DNA from: Saccostrea echinata
Taxonomy: Eukaryota
Assembly: GCF_033153115.1 (NCBI RefSeq)
Contig: NW_026889751.1
Span: 28,024,001 to 28,088,000 of the forward strand
Reading direction: 5' to 3'
DNA: 64,000 nucleotides
Numbering within the stretch: position 1 is the stretch's first letter; the number at the start of each line of letters is the position of its first letter. A program made the translations under genes and the position numbers. Below are positions 25,200 through 39,700 of the stretch, one piece after another. Under the pieces are notes generated by a model, which worked only from the letters and a program-made list of their open reading frames with translations, did no database searches and was not told where the DNA came from.

Positions 25200-25743
25200 G
25201 TTTTTACATTGTTGATTTCTTTCTAGCTAGAAAATTATTGACTAGTATATCATCATGATGAATCTTTTCAAATGCAACCTTGCAGGATGCTGGAAATTCA
25301 TCACTTACACATTTTAAATTATTATTACTTAACAAATACGTATTATTCCTTTTTAAAATAAAAGAAAAACACATTTTTTCCATTTCGGCCAGATATTGAA
25401 CTTTCCAAAAATAATGAACAAGCGGGTATCGCTATGAATCATGTTTTCTTTACAAATAAAAATGTAAAGAGGCAGTCTATGTGGAAGATGTTTTTTTAAT
25501 TGAAATAAGTTCCATTTTTTCAATAGAATATTATTTTCTCTATAATATGGACGTCACTCTTAGAATTTCCTAATGTCAAAAAATAGAAAATGGATGTCCT
25601 TGTATAACTTATTATAATATGAGCTAACAAATCGAGTACATATATTACTTAAACTAACTATATGCATAGCTCACATGTAATGTGTATAAATATTAATTGT
25701 CAGCAAAACGTTTAATTTTGGACACATAACATATATATTTTAC

Positions 25744-26001
25744 CTGTAGGCTACTAGTGGAAGCAAAGCGGGGCTGCATGCATCCTCGATTTCCCCGAAT
25801 TTGTCCGAGACTCCCCGTTGTCCCTATGGTTTCCACTACTCTGTCTTTGAGGATTTTTTTTCACCGGCATAGGTTGACCATTTCTTTTTTGTTCACTTTT
25901 TGCAAACCCCTCCCAAGTATTGGTAACAAGATGATCTCTATACATATTTCGTCTAGAATCTGATGTTCCATTTCGGAGAAGTTGAGATTTCTTTTTCTGC
26001 C
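25744..26001 (-). mobile_element. Decayed Myb/SANT-like exon (possibly a Harbinger accessory gene)
   Basis: ag|..RKRNLNFSEMEHQILDEICIE... then KDRVVETIG... ending at CAG|GTAAAA; frameshifted. Confidence 0.35.
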
Positions 26002-26399
26002 TATTTAAACTTGAAGTCTTAAGCTAAAATGGTTCTTATTCAAAGTCTATGATTGAATGAGAATAATAGCCTAGGCAGCACGGTTTTGCTTTCGCTGGAT
26101 ACTCTGTGATAAAATTGAATACACCTTTCATTAATTTATACCTTTAACTAGCTATAAATCAGAATCAGTGAAATATGATATTGAATCTAAGTTTTAATTT
26201 TTTTTCACAATGCGCATACTTTCATAATCTCTATCATCTAGGGGTACAGAGACTGAGAGAAAGAAAGAGAGAGAGAGATGGAAACTAGTTTTTAAACTTT
26301 GTCACAATGTGCATATTAAATTATAAATATAAAATTATTTCAAACTTAAAACTACAAAAAAGGGTCACTGCGCAAGACAAAATTTATCAATGTAATCGC

Positions 26400-27040
26400 G
26401 AACTCTATGTCATGTCTTTAGTCAAATCTCTTGAAAATGGCGTAAACAAAATAAAAAATCATACATTCTAATCGAGGATGGTTACATCATTTCATATGCC
26501 AAATTGTGGCGCTCTACATAGTTTCGTTAAAAAGAAATCAATTGCAGAAGAAAAGTTGTCCTCATTGAAAAGGACAAAAACAAAAAAGATGACGTCCCTC
26601 GACCTCGCGGAGCAGCGGAAAGAGATACAATTTGAGTTTCAGTCTGGAAATCTTCATAACTAACTTAGAAAAAAATGCAAAATGCAAAAAATATATCAGA
26701 AGTTAGCAGAGCATGTGTGTATAAATGACAAAGGAATTTTCTGAGTTATAGAGAATGCATTGGACGATGAACGGCTTCCAAGAAAAGGAATTATCAGTTA
26801 AATTCTGGTCAAAATTGTTCGTAATGTCATGGAAAGGGATATACGCTTCACATTTGAAAGCAGAGTACCCGGTAAAAAACAATTGAAGAAACCGACGAAT
26901 TATCTTCATATTACCCGAATAATTGCTGGCAAAGTAAGAAGAGGTAAAGTTTTTTTTTTTGAACCACATACTATGTGTGAAATGAAGATAGAAACTGTCA
27001 TGACGTAATGTTTTGACGTTACGTTGATAAGAGTGCTCCG
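26400..27040 (+). mobile_element. Mariner-derived non-autonomous element remnant
   Basis: ACVYK*QRNF...DDER HTH-like remnant; homologous to 52900-53045 plus 55503-55635. Confidence 0.5.
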
Positions 27041-27392
27041 TGGTGACAAAACATGTTTATTATAAAAATAATATATTTACATTCAGTGTAATTTTCTTTA
27101 TGGAATTCATTAGAAATCTGCGACGTTCACATCTCTATAACACACGCGAAACCCTGCCACCGCGGGGTAGAATACACAATAGGTACTATATGCATTTTCA
27201 ATATCAAGGAACACCAAAATGTATATATTGTTTTGACTCATTTTAATAAAAAAAAAAAAACAACTACTCTGTTAAATTAACGTAAAAATACTACAACTGT
27301 GCGTTAATTTGTCATTTTTTTTTCCTCGCAATATAATGTTCATTTGCGTTATTTAACTTTAGAACGTCACAAACGGCTTTTACGTCTATTAA

Positions 27393-27708
27393 GGTCAGAC
27401 GACACGTTCCTCAAACATATGTTTTGTATATCTTGGTATTATATCAAAAATCATTCATAATTGTCATTCTCTTGTGATTTCTAAATTGTTTTCAATATGT
27501 TTTATAAAATAAGTATACCAAAAATTGTGACATTGGCAATTCAAAAGATTACCCATAAGGATTATATAAGAAATATCACCCTCTGCCCTTGCCCAAATGC
27601 CTGGTAAGGTACCTCAATTTTTGGTGAGGAAACTTGTTTAAGTAGCGATACTTCAATGACAAATTCTTGGGGAAATTTTTATATTTTCGAGGAACATGTT
27701 GTCTGACC
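27393..27708. mobile_element. TTAA-flanked MITE with GG...CC termini (Kolobok-type)
   Basis: TTAA-GGTCAGACGACACGTTCCTC ... GAGGAACATGTTGTCTGACC-TTAA; partial inverted copy at 62358-62550. Confidence 0.8.
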
Positions 27709-27807
27709 TTAAGCACACCAGTTCTGAAAGGCGCTTATTTCACAATAAAATTAACGAAATAAAAAATTATGAAGAGAGAAAATTAGAGAATGTAAATACA
27801 TGTATGA

Positions 27808-27932
27808 GCATTGAATTCTTATTTTTGGGTGTTGACGGTCCTATAACACACCTGGCCGTGGCGTATTCAATTTGTCGGCACGGCCATGTGTGTTATAAGA
27901 CCGACGACATCCAAAAAATAAGAATTCAATGC
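27808..27932. mobile_element. Palindromic hairpin MITE-like element
   Basis: GCATTGAATTCTTATTTTTGGGTGTTGACGGTC..TAACACACCTGGCCGTG / CACGGCCATGTGTGTTA..GACCGACGACATCCAAAAAATAAGAATTCAATGC. Confidence 0.7.
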
Positions 27933-29819
27933 CTAAGTAACATGAGTTCCATTTGATAAAATACAATGAAACTGCACATATCAACAAAATAAATGTTTTT
28001 TTTATACATAATAATGTGTTGACCTTAAATTTCTTAATGATATTATGATCTGTATTTTTAACATACCTTTATAGGGAAAAAATATCAAAGTTTTAAAAGC
28101 ATGTTTCTAAAACTTCAAAGAACCTTGAATCACATTGAGATGCATAAAATGAAAATTGTTGCAGGAAAAGATTTCATATTTAAGCTTCATTTTGAGACTT
28201 TTGGAATTAAATAATAAATTAAAGAGTTATCCTTCCTGGCTGAGGATCGGATTTCCTTAATAGAAACTTCTAGTAAGCAAGCCTAAGTCCAAAATAGGAG
28301 CACATGTAATTTGACTCCAAAAACTTATAATTATCCAAAACATATCTAAATCACGTATGCAAGATTCACAACAACTCTGTATTAGTATGTATGCAGATGG
28401 ATTTTTTTTACACATGCATGCGATTTACAGGAGGAGGGGTATCATTACTAAGTGTTATAATTTATTGTATTTATCTATTTATTTATTTATAATTGCCATT
28501 ATTGTCCCCTTATGATGCCTCTTGTCATATAAATACCCGGTAAAAGTTTTTGACACTTCGGCAGCCAAAAAAGCAATCAGGTGTAGCGAATGCGAAAGGT
28601 ATACCCAAGTGCTGAAATCGGAGAAAAATGATGCAGTACATTACAGTTTAGGGGTTCCAGAAGATACAATGATAAGCTGTATTTTGCTTTACCTCCAGTG
28701 TTCGTGTCCTTAAATAAAGCTATCTCTGGGGAATCTAGTAATACCAGCCATTATGTATAAATTGTCCACTCTGATTTAAGCATATTTAGATCATTTAACA
28801 TAAGTTATAAGTTGTACATGTCAAATGCTGTTAAACTATTTTTATCAAAAATATTTTTAGAAACTTTGAACGGCTTAAAAGTGCAGAGTTCCTTTAGTTA
28901 TTAGAGAGTGTTCCAGAATTTCAAGCTAAAAAAAGATTCATTTGTTGCAGAATATTAAACCTCGAATTTAAAAAATATGACAAACTGAGAGGCTTTCGTC
29001 AAAAAAGTTGTATGAATCAATCAGATTAAGAATATGAATCAATGGACAACGGGGGTAATTTATCTGTGATACGTCCGAACATCTACAGGAGAACTGAATC
29101 TTTTTCATCAAGTAGAACTTTCTCGTGAAGCCTTTTATTTCAATTTAAAAACAACGTCTTGAAGGGAAAATGTAGACCCGATATATTAATCAGATATTAT
29201 ATTTCTAATGTATTAAAAAGGTAATTTTAAATGTTTTGCTGTTTTTTTTTTTGGGGGGGGGGGGGTGTCCCAGAATCATCGTTTTGGATTTCAAATATGG
29301 ATAACATATCTAATTATCCTGGGATAAAAATGGCATCTGGCCCGAACAGGCAAAGAATAGCTTTCTTCCCAAGTGAAATATTCTATTTATTTATTTTTTT
29401 TTTTTTTTTTGGAAAAAATCTATAATTTGTTATGGTTGCACAAAACATCTGGAATTCTCTTTCTCTTCTATGTACTCATGATATTTACAGTGAATGTCTA
29501 ATTTTATTTGACCCGGAAGAATAAATAACATACAGGTATGTGGGTATGTCAATTGTTGTTGAAGAAAGCAGCCATTACTGCTTGAAATCAGGTAATATAT
29601 AATAAATTTTTACTCTCAGAATTCAGTTCTGATTTCAATAAATTGATGTTAAAACATTTTTAATGAAAAAAATTACTTAGTTTTAATTTGTATGGCCCTT
29701 TTCTTTTTGTTATAAGAAGGGATTGATTGCACAAGAAGTCGTTTTAAAACAAGCATGAGCATTTTAATAATAATTTGAAATTAATTTCTCTTAGCTTAGA
29801 TTTTAACGGAGAACCTATC

Positions 29820-31470
29820 ATGGACACCCGTATCAGTTGCCAGGATGTAATGCGATGTGACCTGTGTGAGACTGCTGTGGTACAGATACACTGTGATACA
29901 TGTCTTGTTAACCTGTGCAAAGTCTGTGTAGGGGAGCACTCTTCGACTGATCTCTCAAAGCCTCATAAAATTGTTGGTTTCAGGGACAGAAAATCAACTC
30001 TTATTTATCCAAGATGCACCTCTCATGATGAAGAAACATGTGAAATGTACTGTACTCAATGTGACTTTCCTGTTTTCAGTAACTGTCTTGCCTCAGATTA
30101 CCATCTTGGGCATAAATTAATAAAACTCCTGCAAATCAGAGACAAGATTAAGAAAGAACAAACTGAACTCAATGAAGAAATTTTTCCAACATACATGGCG
30201 ATTGCCTCTGATGTACAAAACAGAATGAGTTAACTAGGAAAGGGATATCGTGATCTCTCAACAATTATAACGAAATACGGAAAGGTCTGGCACAGAGAAA
30301 TTGACAAACTTGTCAAGAAACTTAAAGCCAAAGTTCATAAGATGAAAAACAGACAGCTAGACATTTTACGAAAACATTTAAGTGAAATACACGAGAAAAT
30401 CTCAAAGATCAAGGAAGCAATCAATTCAGTTGATACTGCTCTAGATTCTACGCACATTTCAAATCTGCTTAAAGTCCCTTCCACAGTTGATGAGTATAGA
30501 CAACTTCCTAAAAAAATAATAGTTTCATTACCCAATTTTTCTCCGAAGAAATTACTGGCAGATCAACTTTGTAGTCTGACACCAATGTCCTTAAAATCAG
30601 ATGAACGTGGCTATTGCATGAACAAAACACAAAAATCAGCAATAGCTGGGTCCTTTCAAGTCAAACATCTGCTTGATAAACCAGAGACTGTCATCACTTT
30701 GAACACTGGTTATGAATATCTTATCAATGTGGCCTGTCTGGGTGATGGAGAAATCTGGACAAGTGGAGAAGAACCCACCATGAAACTCTTTAACATCAAT
30801 CAAGGATCACTACTCAAATCAATCACAATCAAAACAGGAAACATACCAGATGACATAGCAATGGGAAATTGTGGAGAAGTTATTTATACTAATCACAATG
30901 ATCGATCTGTAAAAATGGTGAAGAATGAAACGACAAAAGAGATGATCAGACTACAGCACTGGAGACCTCGTAGTGTCTGTAGCACTTCTTGCGGTGATAT
31001 CATGGTTGTCATGGACACAGATGATTGGAAACAATCAAAAGTTGTCCGTTACTCTGGCTCGAAAGAAAAAGGAACCATTCAGTTTGATGATAAAGGTAAC
31101 CCTCACTATTCATCTGGTTTTTGTTACAGATGCATTACTGAGAACAGAAACCTGGATATATGTGTTACTGATAGTAAATCTAGAGCAGTAGTGGTGGTCA
31201 GTAAGTCTGGAAAACTGAGGTTCAGGTACACTGGACATACTCGTGCTCCAAAGATCATACCATTCAATCATCACAGACAGTCAGGGTAACATCCTTACAG
31301 CTGATTATAGCAATGACTGTATCCATATCATAGACCAGAATGGACAGTTTCTTCGTTACATAGGTTGTGGACTTAGTTATCCCTGGGGACTGTGCATCGA
31401 TATAAATGACAATCTGTCCATTGCTCAGTATGGAAAAGGACAAGTGAAGATTATGAAATATTACCAGTGA
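29820..31470 (+). pseudogene. TRIM-NHL-like paralog, disrupted
   Basis: ATG at 29820; in-frame TAA at 30231-30233 replacing Gln; small deletion near 31268 shifts the frame; ends KYYQ* at 31470. Confidence 0.88.
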
Positions 31471-32044
31471 GATTCTTCATTGTAATATATTAGAAGATGT
31501 GGAGATAATTAATGCCTGATTTCATGAAGTCAAAATTTTATTTCCACCTAATCCGGAACAGCGAAACCAATCCGACTTCACTAGCTGAAAGATAAAAGAT
31601 TGCAAACAAATCAAATCGGATGTTGTCCAAACACTGTAGTGGTTTATCTATAAAATCATTATATCAGGTTTTTCCCTGAATTAGATCCTTAAAGTACATG
31701 TATATACTAAATTTACGCGAATCAAATTTTCACTACTTAGAGTCTATATTGAAAATATATTTAAAGATTGATTTAGGAAATAGAAAAGTAATCAGTTACT
31801 GAAGTGTTCCGCAAATAAATCAAAATATTTTTCATAATTGGTCACAAACAATACTATGCCACTCTAACTCTTGTATTACTGTGATCTGGTATCATAATTA
31901 GTTACAATATATATATTAAATTGCTAATATATCTGCGTCTTTAAACCCATTAACTCATTCCGAAGTGTGATTTAAGTAACTCTGATTATAAAGCCATCTA
32001 AAATTGTTTTAAATAATGAATTAAATACGCTCTAATATTGTATG

Positions 32045-32307
32045 ATCGAGTAGAGATTCAGGGGGTTCGGGTTCGAATCCGTCACATTTTTTCCCTCGCT
32101 ATTTACATATTTGGTGGTGCCGAGCCATGCCCTGGAAGTGACATGTTAATGACCTGCAATGGAAGAGCCTTCGCGGGCGAAAACCTTAAAGGAGGAAGAA
32201 ATGTGGCAGTTAGGCAGATTCGATGGCAGATGACCAGGTAGCTGAATTGGTAGAGCCTGAGTAGATCTAGAGATTTGGGGAGGGGGGAGTCGAATCTCGC
32301 CAGTTAC
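32045..32307 (+). mobile_element. Miniature LTR-like element (terminal-repeat retrotransposon in miniature) with tRNA-like terminal repeats
   Basis: Left repeat has B box GGTTCGAATCC and ends ...TTACA (32107), followed by PBS-like TTTGGTGGTGCCG. Purine tract 32188-32201. Right repeat starts TGT (32202) with A box TAGCTGAATTGG and a degenerate B box. Confidence 0.5.
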
Positions 32308-33638
32308 ACAAATATAATATGGTTTAAAGATTAATTCCAGATTAAGGATTTTTAATTTCATTTTTCCCATAATGTCTTTATGTTGAAATACAATTATTAC
32401 TGTTTGAAGCCGGGTTTTTTTAGCCACAAAATCTTTTCTACCATCTACATGTACCTGAGAGCTCTTACAAACTTGTGAAATAGTTATATATTTCTTTTAC
32501 AACTGCATGGTCATTGAAAGTCTTCATTGTCAATATAAGTCCACCTTTAAAAAAATCAAGACCGCTGACCCAAATTTCAAATTTGATTGTTTCTTTCCTT
32601 TATTTAATAAAAAGAATAAGAAGGCTTTTTTTTTAAAGATACATCTTAAAGAATTTTGTTGTAACTTTAGAATTATAATAGCTTTTGATTTATCAGTTTC
32701 ATCACTGAAATGGATAGTCACGGTGTCGCCTGCTCATCCCTAGCTACCTGCATATAGCTATAAACGCATGCTGTGCGGTTTTCACGGCCTGAGAACTTGG
32801 AATTTCAATGTAGAAACCCAATGCTTGTATATACATTGAGATTACCTTGTGAATTTCACCCACAGTAGACGACCAGTGAGATTAGTTACGATCCACAGCA
32901 GATGACATTAGATCTATTGTCACATGCATGACTTCTGTTTATTGTGGCATCAATTAATGTTAATATCATTATAGACTGTCGCAGACTTAAATTGAATTTT
33001 AGAGTCAGGTCAATAAATGAAACCAAACAATGCAAATAACATGTTGAGACAGGGATTGGGATATTTTAATAAATGCTGACGTAGTGTTTTGCCTTTAATT
33101 TATTTAATTTCCTTCCTATTTACCCCATATTGGGGACTAAAAAATATACTTTGAATTTCAAGTATCCTTTACCTAACCACATTTTAAACAACATTATCGA
33201 GCTAAAACACATTTCTTATCTGTACAAAGAAGCATATTAAGATCACCCAGTAGTTTCACATTTCATATCTGATCAGAAGCAGACTAAGATCACCCAGTAG
33301 TTAATATTTCCACCAACTTCAGTATTAAACTTAATTTCAGATCAGAAACAAATTTTAACATCTGATATCAAGATTTTCCCCCAGAGCACCAAGGTAAATA
33401 ACAATTCATTAAAAGCACCAAAGCTCTTTATAATTTCTTTTAACCGATAGCAGGCATGATTTACGGCTTTGATCTAAGATTAATTACTCCGGTATACTTT
33501 GAATTTTTGTCATATTTTCGGTTTTCTAAGTAATATACGCATGATTTGGATCATGTTACTGGATTGTGTATATTTTCATCTTGATGGAGGAAACTGCCAT
33601 TTCTGCATGAAATTCGGTTTTTTGTTCTACAATTTCAG

Positions 33639-34003
33639 AAATCTGGACAAGTGGAAGTAGTATTATTATGGAACTTTACTACATCAATCAGGGATCACTT
33701 TTCAAGTTAATCACAACCAAGCCAAGGAACACGCCTATTGGTATAGCAGTGATGCAAAGTGGAGCTCTAGTTTATACTGATTACAGTGATACATATAGAA
33801 CTGTGAACATTGTGAAGAATGAGAAGATAGAGGAGATGATCAGTCTACAGAACTGGAAACCTCTAGTTGTCTGTAGTACATCCTCTGGTGACCTCTTGGT
33901 TATCATGTTCAGTGTAAATGGAAACCATTCAAAAGTTGTCCATTACTCTGGCCCCACAGAGAAACAAACCATTCAGTTTAATGAAAATGGTAAACCTCTT
34001 TAC
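33639..34003 (+). pseudogene. NHL-propeller gene fragment
   Basis: EIWTSGS..MELYYINQGSL...GKPLY. 5' deletion relative to the 51549 paralog; 3' truncated at about 34003. Confidence 0.85.
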
Positions 34004-34920
34004 GCAGCACAGTTAAGGCTATAAAAAGGGGGCGGAGCCTAATTTGTATGGGAAGTATTAACTATGACATCAAACAAAACCAACAATTCTTTAAAATCCC
34101 ACAAAATGAAATGATCTGCTATTTCAAACAGAAGGAGACCATCAAACTATATCAAAACTTACTATGACACGCTGTTTTGTCGTAAGTTACCGGTAAATCC
34201 AACACAGCAAGGTATAAACATGTCACTGATCGCGATGCACCTGTCGATGTGACGTCATTTCGTAAAACTTGACGCAGTTTGTATGCAGTGAGAGGTGGAT
34301 CAAGTAATATTTTCACAACAAATAATGTATTCTATGATTAAATGAAATATCATTTACAGATATTTTAAGAGACCATTAACTTAGATGCAATGTCTTCTTT
34401 ATGATTTTATTCATATATTTTCCGTACATTTCCTTTTTAATTGATACTGCCGTATATTTGTATGCAAGTACATCGGAGGGTAATGTAAGGGTCTTAATAA
34501 ATCGATCTAGTGCAAGGGCATACACTCAATGAATCATAGTAAGCTTTTACAATTATACTCTAGAAGTATTAAGGTATCTGAAAAGTGCTGCAATCCTAAT
34601 GAAATCTTGAAAATGAAATATTAATATCTATATTTAATGCTTTAATGCCGTCGACCAGCAAAAAATACAACATGCAGTTTTTTGTAAACTAAACTGAATT
34701 TTAACTCTGATTAATGGTAAAAAATAAATTAACACAAATTGTCTTTGTCATGCCTGGTCTCATTTGTCTGTATTTGTTGTACGTCCAAGAGTCAGAGAGA
34801 AGGGGGTGTCAATGCATTAGAGTCAGTGTTTCTGTGTTATAGAATAGGACAAGACAGTGTTGTATTGAAGTCATTGCCAGACCGGAAAGAGGTTGTCAAT
34901 GCTAGTGTATTTAAAAGTGC

Positions 34921-34997
34921 AACACACACACACCCACACACACAAGCACACACACACACACACACGCACACACACAAACACACAGAGAGAGAGAGAT
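34921..34997 (+). repeat. (CA)n(GA)n compound microsatellite
   Basis: Direct reading; paralogous positions at 43570-43650 and 52595-52610 carry different lengths. Confidence 0.9.
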
Positions 34998-36728
34998 TGT
35001 TAACGTATGAGTCAGTGCTAATGGGTTTTAGAGCCCAAGATGTAGAGTAGGTTCCATTGCCATGGTATCCCTCTAAACAAACAGGGGAGACTATTGTATA
35101 ACGTCTGTTTCAGTGAATTTTGGTGTCCATGTTACCCAAATATTTCGACTTGGAGAATTTTGCTATATGTAGCAATATGAAATCAGCTATAGAAGTTTGC
35201 CAAAATTAGAGTGTCTCAGAATACTTTACAGGTAAAATATTCAAAAGGATGTGTTTGATATTCCACCCACTTCATTTTACTTCAGATTGGGATCTACATG
35301 TATACGTACTCCTGTTTATAAGTACACATTATGTAGCTGAAGAGACATGTTTTTAATGTTTCTGCTCGAGATTAAAAATTGCCTTCAGAATTTAGATTCT
35401 TACCAAAACTGTCTTTAGCATATGATATACCGTATGTGTGTGTGGCCTATTTTGTTTCTTTTAGCAGACGTAATGAAGAAAGGTAATTTTTGTGTTGTAT
35501 TTTCGATATTTAGACGATGCAATATCAGAATTTGTTGCATTTCAACAGTGAAATACTGTAAATAATTTATGGTATAAAAGTGATATTCTGTCACAGTGTG
35601 AAAGTACATCAAACTGATATTCTGTCAGAGTGTGACTGAATATCAGAAGTGCGACAAAACTCTATTTCCCTTCCCTTCACGAAGAATGTTTTTAAAAAAA
35701 CCTCCCTGGCGTGTTATAAGATGGAGAGAGTAAATAAACCACCCTGATAGAAACTAAAACCGCTAATGTTTCTCCAAATATGTTGTTGAAATCCATGTTA
35801 ACAATGTATTCAATCTCATCGCTAATCTATGACGTCTCAACTGCTCAACTATGATGTCACAGCCTATGACACCGTGTCAAAAAAAGACAGAGGCAAAGGG
35901 AAAAATCATAGAAAGTTTTCAAAAATTTTATCTTTGCTGATTACTTTTGATTGAGAAAAGATGGGCTTTCATATTTGACATGTTCATTATCTGTGACAAG
36001 GCGTTTCCGCGAATGCTATGCTTTTTTACCCCTTGACCTTGACCTAAATATTTGATCTAATTTCCAAAAAATTAATATTCCTGATTAATTTTGAATGACA
36101 TAAGATAGGGCGTTCATCTTAGGAAGTTTAAGTGTAGTTTTGATAAGCTATAATCTTTGCAATAACTGTTATTAATTCAATAATCTTTGTCTTTTTGTAT
36201 GTAACACAGACTAAGACAGGACACACAAACAAGACAGTTACAATATGCCAAAAATAATGACATCCCATCTACTAAGACACCGAAAGCGGGAGACCAAAAT
36301 TCTTTGAATTTGCTTGTACTGTATTTAAGCTAATTTGAATCTAAACGTCGGGAAAATGCATGATTAACAGTTTTAAAATTTTAGTCAAGATTTTTCCACA
36401 GTAAAATTATATAGAATTCACACCCAACTATAAAGCCCTATGTACTTGTACAATATTATGGATGATTTTGATTCACATACAAAGAAAAGTTTTAATCAAA
36501 AGTATTTCTTTTTCTTAATCTCGGTTGCTCATAGTGTTTAGAAGAGAGCATACAATACCATAACTCATCTTTTCACTCTTTTGCGTAAAAAATGGGGGGA
36601 GGATATGCTTATATTTATATGCAGATACACAAAGACTAAAAACTTTTATTTAAAAATAAATATTGTATTGTATACACAAATCCATTTCAAAAGTCTGCCA
36701 CCTTATATATAACAATGTAAAACAAAAA

Positions 36729-39700
36729 TTAAACACAATTACTTTTATCATTACAAAGTCTTTTTATATCACAAACAATTTTTAAACATAGTTTTTCTTG
36801 ATCACCGACTCCAAGGTACTCTAAAAATGATACCACAGAAAATTCAATTTTATTGTAAGATTCATTTCTCATATTTTGGGGAGTTCAAAATAAACGTTCA
36901 TTCAAACAGAAATTTCTGTGCTTCATGCTTTGGATCACGAAACATTATTTAAAAAAAATTATGATTATCTTATCTTTCAGCAAGTATTTCCAGATATATA
37001 ATTATCAGAATCATCCAGGCATATATTGTGCTGAATTGGTGTAGAAGACAATCTAAAGTGAAAATTTTTATAATATTTACATTTTGCATTGAAATTGATA
37101 GTTAATCAACTTGACTGTAATTTAGACCCTTCTTAAAGTCTGTTGAATGATTCCGGGGCCGAAATGTGTTATTGCATTTTATAGTCTATGGTTTTGAGTA
37201 CGAATTTTACCTATATCATCTTGTTCCTGTATTTCTCTTTGGTGAAGAATAAACTCGGGCCAAACTATTTTCTCAAAATATCCTGGCGCATCTGGGGGGA
37301 AATACTGTCGTCTTCTATTTTGAGAAAAACTTCAGTCTTCAATATTTTGATTTTATATAAATAAACATCTTAGAGTAAATAAATAAAGACTGAGAATAAA
37401 TCGGGTTCACCTGAGAGGTTTATGAAAAATACATTTGTACATGATGTATTTTGATACTTTTAATAAGTAATATATGTCCATTGCTTAAGATTTGATACTT
37501 TTAATAAGTAATATATGTCCATTGCTTTAGATTTGATAGTTTTTTAAGTAATATAATTATGTCCATTGCTTTAGATTTGATAGTTTTTATAAGTAATATA
37601 TGTCTATTGCTTTAGATTTGATAGTTTTTATAAGTACTATGTGTCCATTGCTTTGGATTTTTACCTCCTTCTGACTCTACACACTTCATATGGAATGGTA
37701 AAAAAGTATTTCTTCATGAAGAGCTGCTCCAATTCCCTATAAAAGAATGATATACACAAATGTTTAGAATCGTGCAATCATGGGGGGGAAGTGGGCTGTC
37801 GTTGAATGATCACTGACAAATCTCAAAAAAAAATTATTTGCCTATTTCAGAGCCATAAGGATCATAACAAAATTAATATTCCCAGCAATAATTACTGATA
37901 AGGAGAATAATAATCTTGCTCCTTTAAGAATACATTGTAGGTATTTTATTTTACCAATTCAAAACCAAGACATTTATCAGAAAGCTATTAGTAGTAGTAA
38001 AATTCAAACAGCATTACATAGTTTCAGAAATTATCACCATAGGCAAATATAAAACTAACTACATAACGGCATAAGTAGATCCGAAAAAACCTATACCCAA
38101 ACATTTAAGTAATCATTGACATTTGTCGGTGTAAATATACCGAGGTCCTTTATACCTCAAGGCATACATCCTGAATCCCTCGATAATTAGTACATTGCTA
38201 TACAGATCATTAGGGGTGGATACCGTTGGAGTGGAGTTACTTTGAGCATTTTTCCAGGACTGGACATCTGCTACCATTGCTTCCATGTTAAGGGCATTCA
38301 GTTCTAAAATATAAGCATTTCTTCAATCTTCTGTATCTTAAGAAATTCAGTGAAGTTCACATCTCTCTCTTTCCTATTACCTTTCTCTATATAATTTTCT
38401 TCGTTACTTTTAAAAATGTGCATTTATATTTGATATAGATAATGCTTTGGATCAGAGTCCCTTCAAGTCTTGACAGATGACTAAATTTATAGCTATAATC
38501 ATAGAGTGTACAAACCCTCAAAGTTGTAATTGTTTAGTTCTGGTATTGGGGTCAGGCGAGAATCCGAGGGGCTCTGTAAATCAGGGAGAAGAATGTTATA
38601 GAAAGCATAAATATAAATATCAGCATTTTTATGACAGGAATGGTCTATAAAAACAAAAATCATGCAGAGAACACATTCATATTTCAAAGTGCTTTATATC
38701 TAACTTATGCAACATGTTTTTTATAAACTTTTGTTATGAGGTAATTATATTTTATATGTTTCAAGCAAGCACATGTATTAATCGTATTGAGAAAAAGGCA
38801 TTACGTGCTTTGCACATGGTGCTTCATTGTCACCAAAAATGTTAGACGTTTATGTGTGGAACATAATTGTAGACTGTACATATCCCTGGAATCATAAAAA
38901 AATACCTTGTAGATTTTAAAATTTAACTGAAAGTTTTATGTTTTATTTTTATTTGGATTAAATTGTCCAGAGGACTGTCAAAAGGTGTCATTTGTCAAAC
39001 AAGCACTGGTGTGAAATGTTGGTTGTCTCTTAGGTAACATCTTTTAATATCTGACCTAGCAACCTGTTTCTCATAGAATAAAATCACATAGCCCTATCAG
39101 AGCTATAATTTAGTGAAAGTTGAATTCATACAACATTGGGATGCTTCATTATCGATACGATCAACATAGCCTTGTTGTTCTGGAGAAGATTTTTTTTCTG
39201 TGTAGAGGTATTATGTAAAATTATGTCCTGACTTCGGCCCAACCCTAACTCCAGGGTTCATAATTTTAAAAAAAAAAATGATTCCATATAACTTATGTAT
39301 GTTTTTTTTCTTTTTTATATGATTTAGTGTGGTCTTGCCACTCGTGAATAGATTTCTTCCTATATACTCTTTTGTAAAACTCTGATCACCTGTGTAGCCT
39401 CATCCTATTCCCAGGACCCTGATATGAACAATAATGACTTCGCGTCATAAAAGGAAGAGATTCTATAATTTTTTCTATATATTCTCGTGAAAAACTTTGA
39501 TCGTCCATTGTGGCACCATCCTACCCCCGGAGGTCATGATATGAACAAATTTAAATCTAAATTACCTGAGGGTGATTCCATATCAATATGACTAATCATG
39601 CCTTTGCTTTACTTTAGAAATTTGTGACGCCATTTTAATTTTTATACATTAGAAGATCTCTGTATCTTCTAACCTTTTCTGTCATGTAAAATAAACCACA

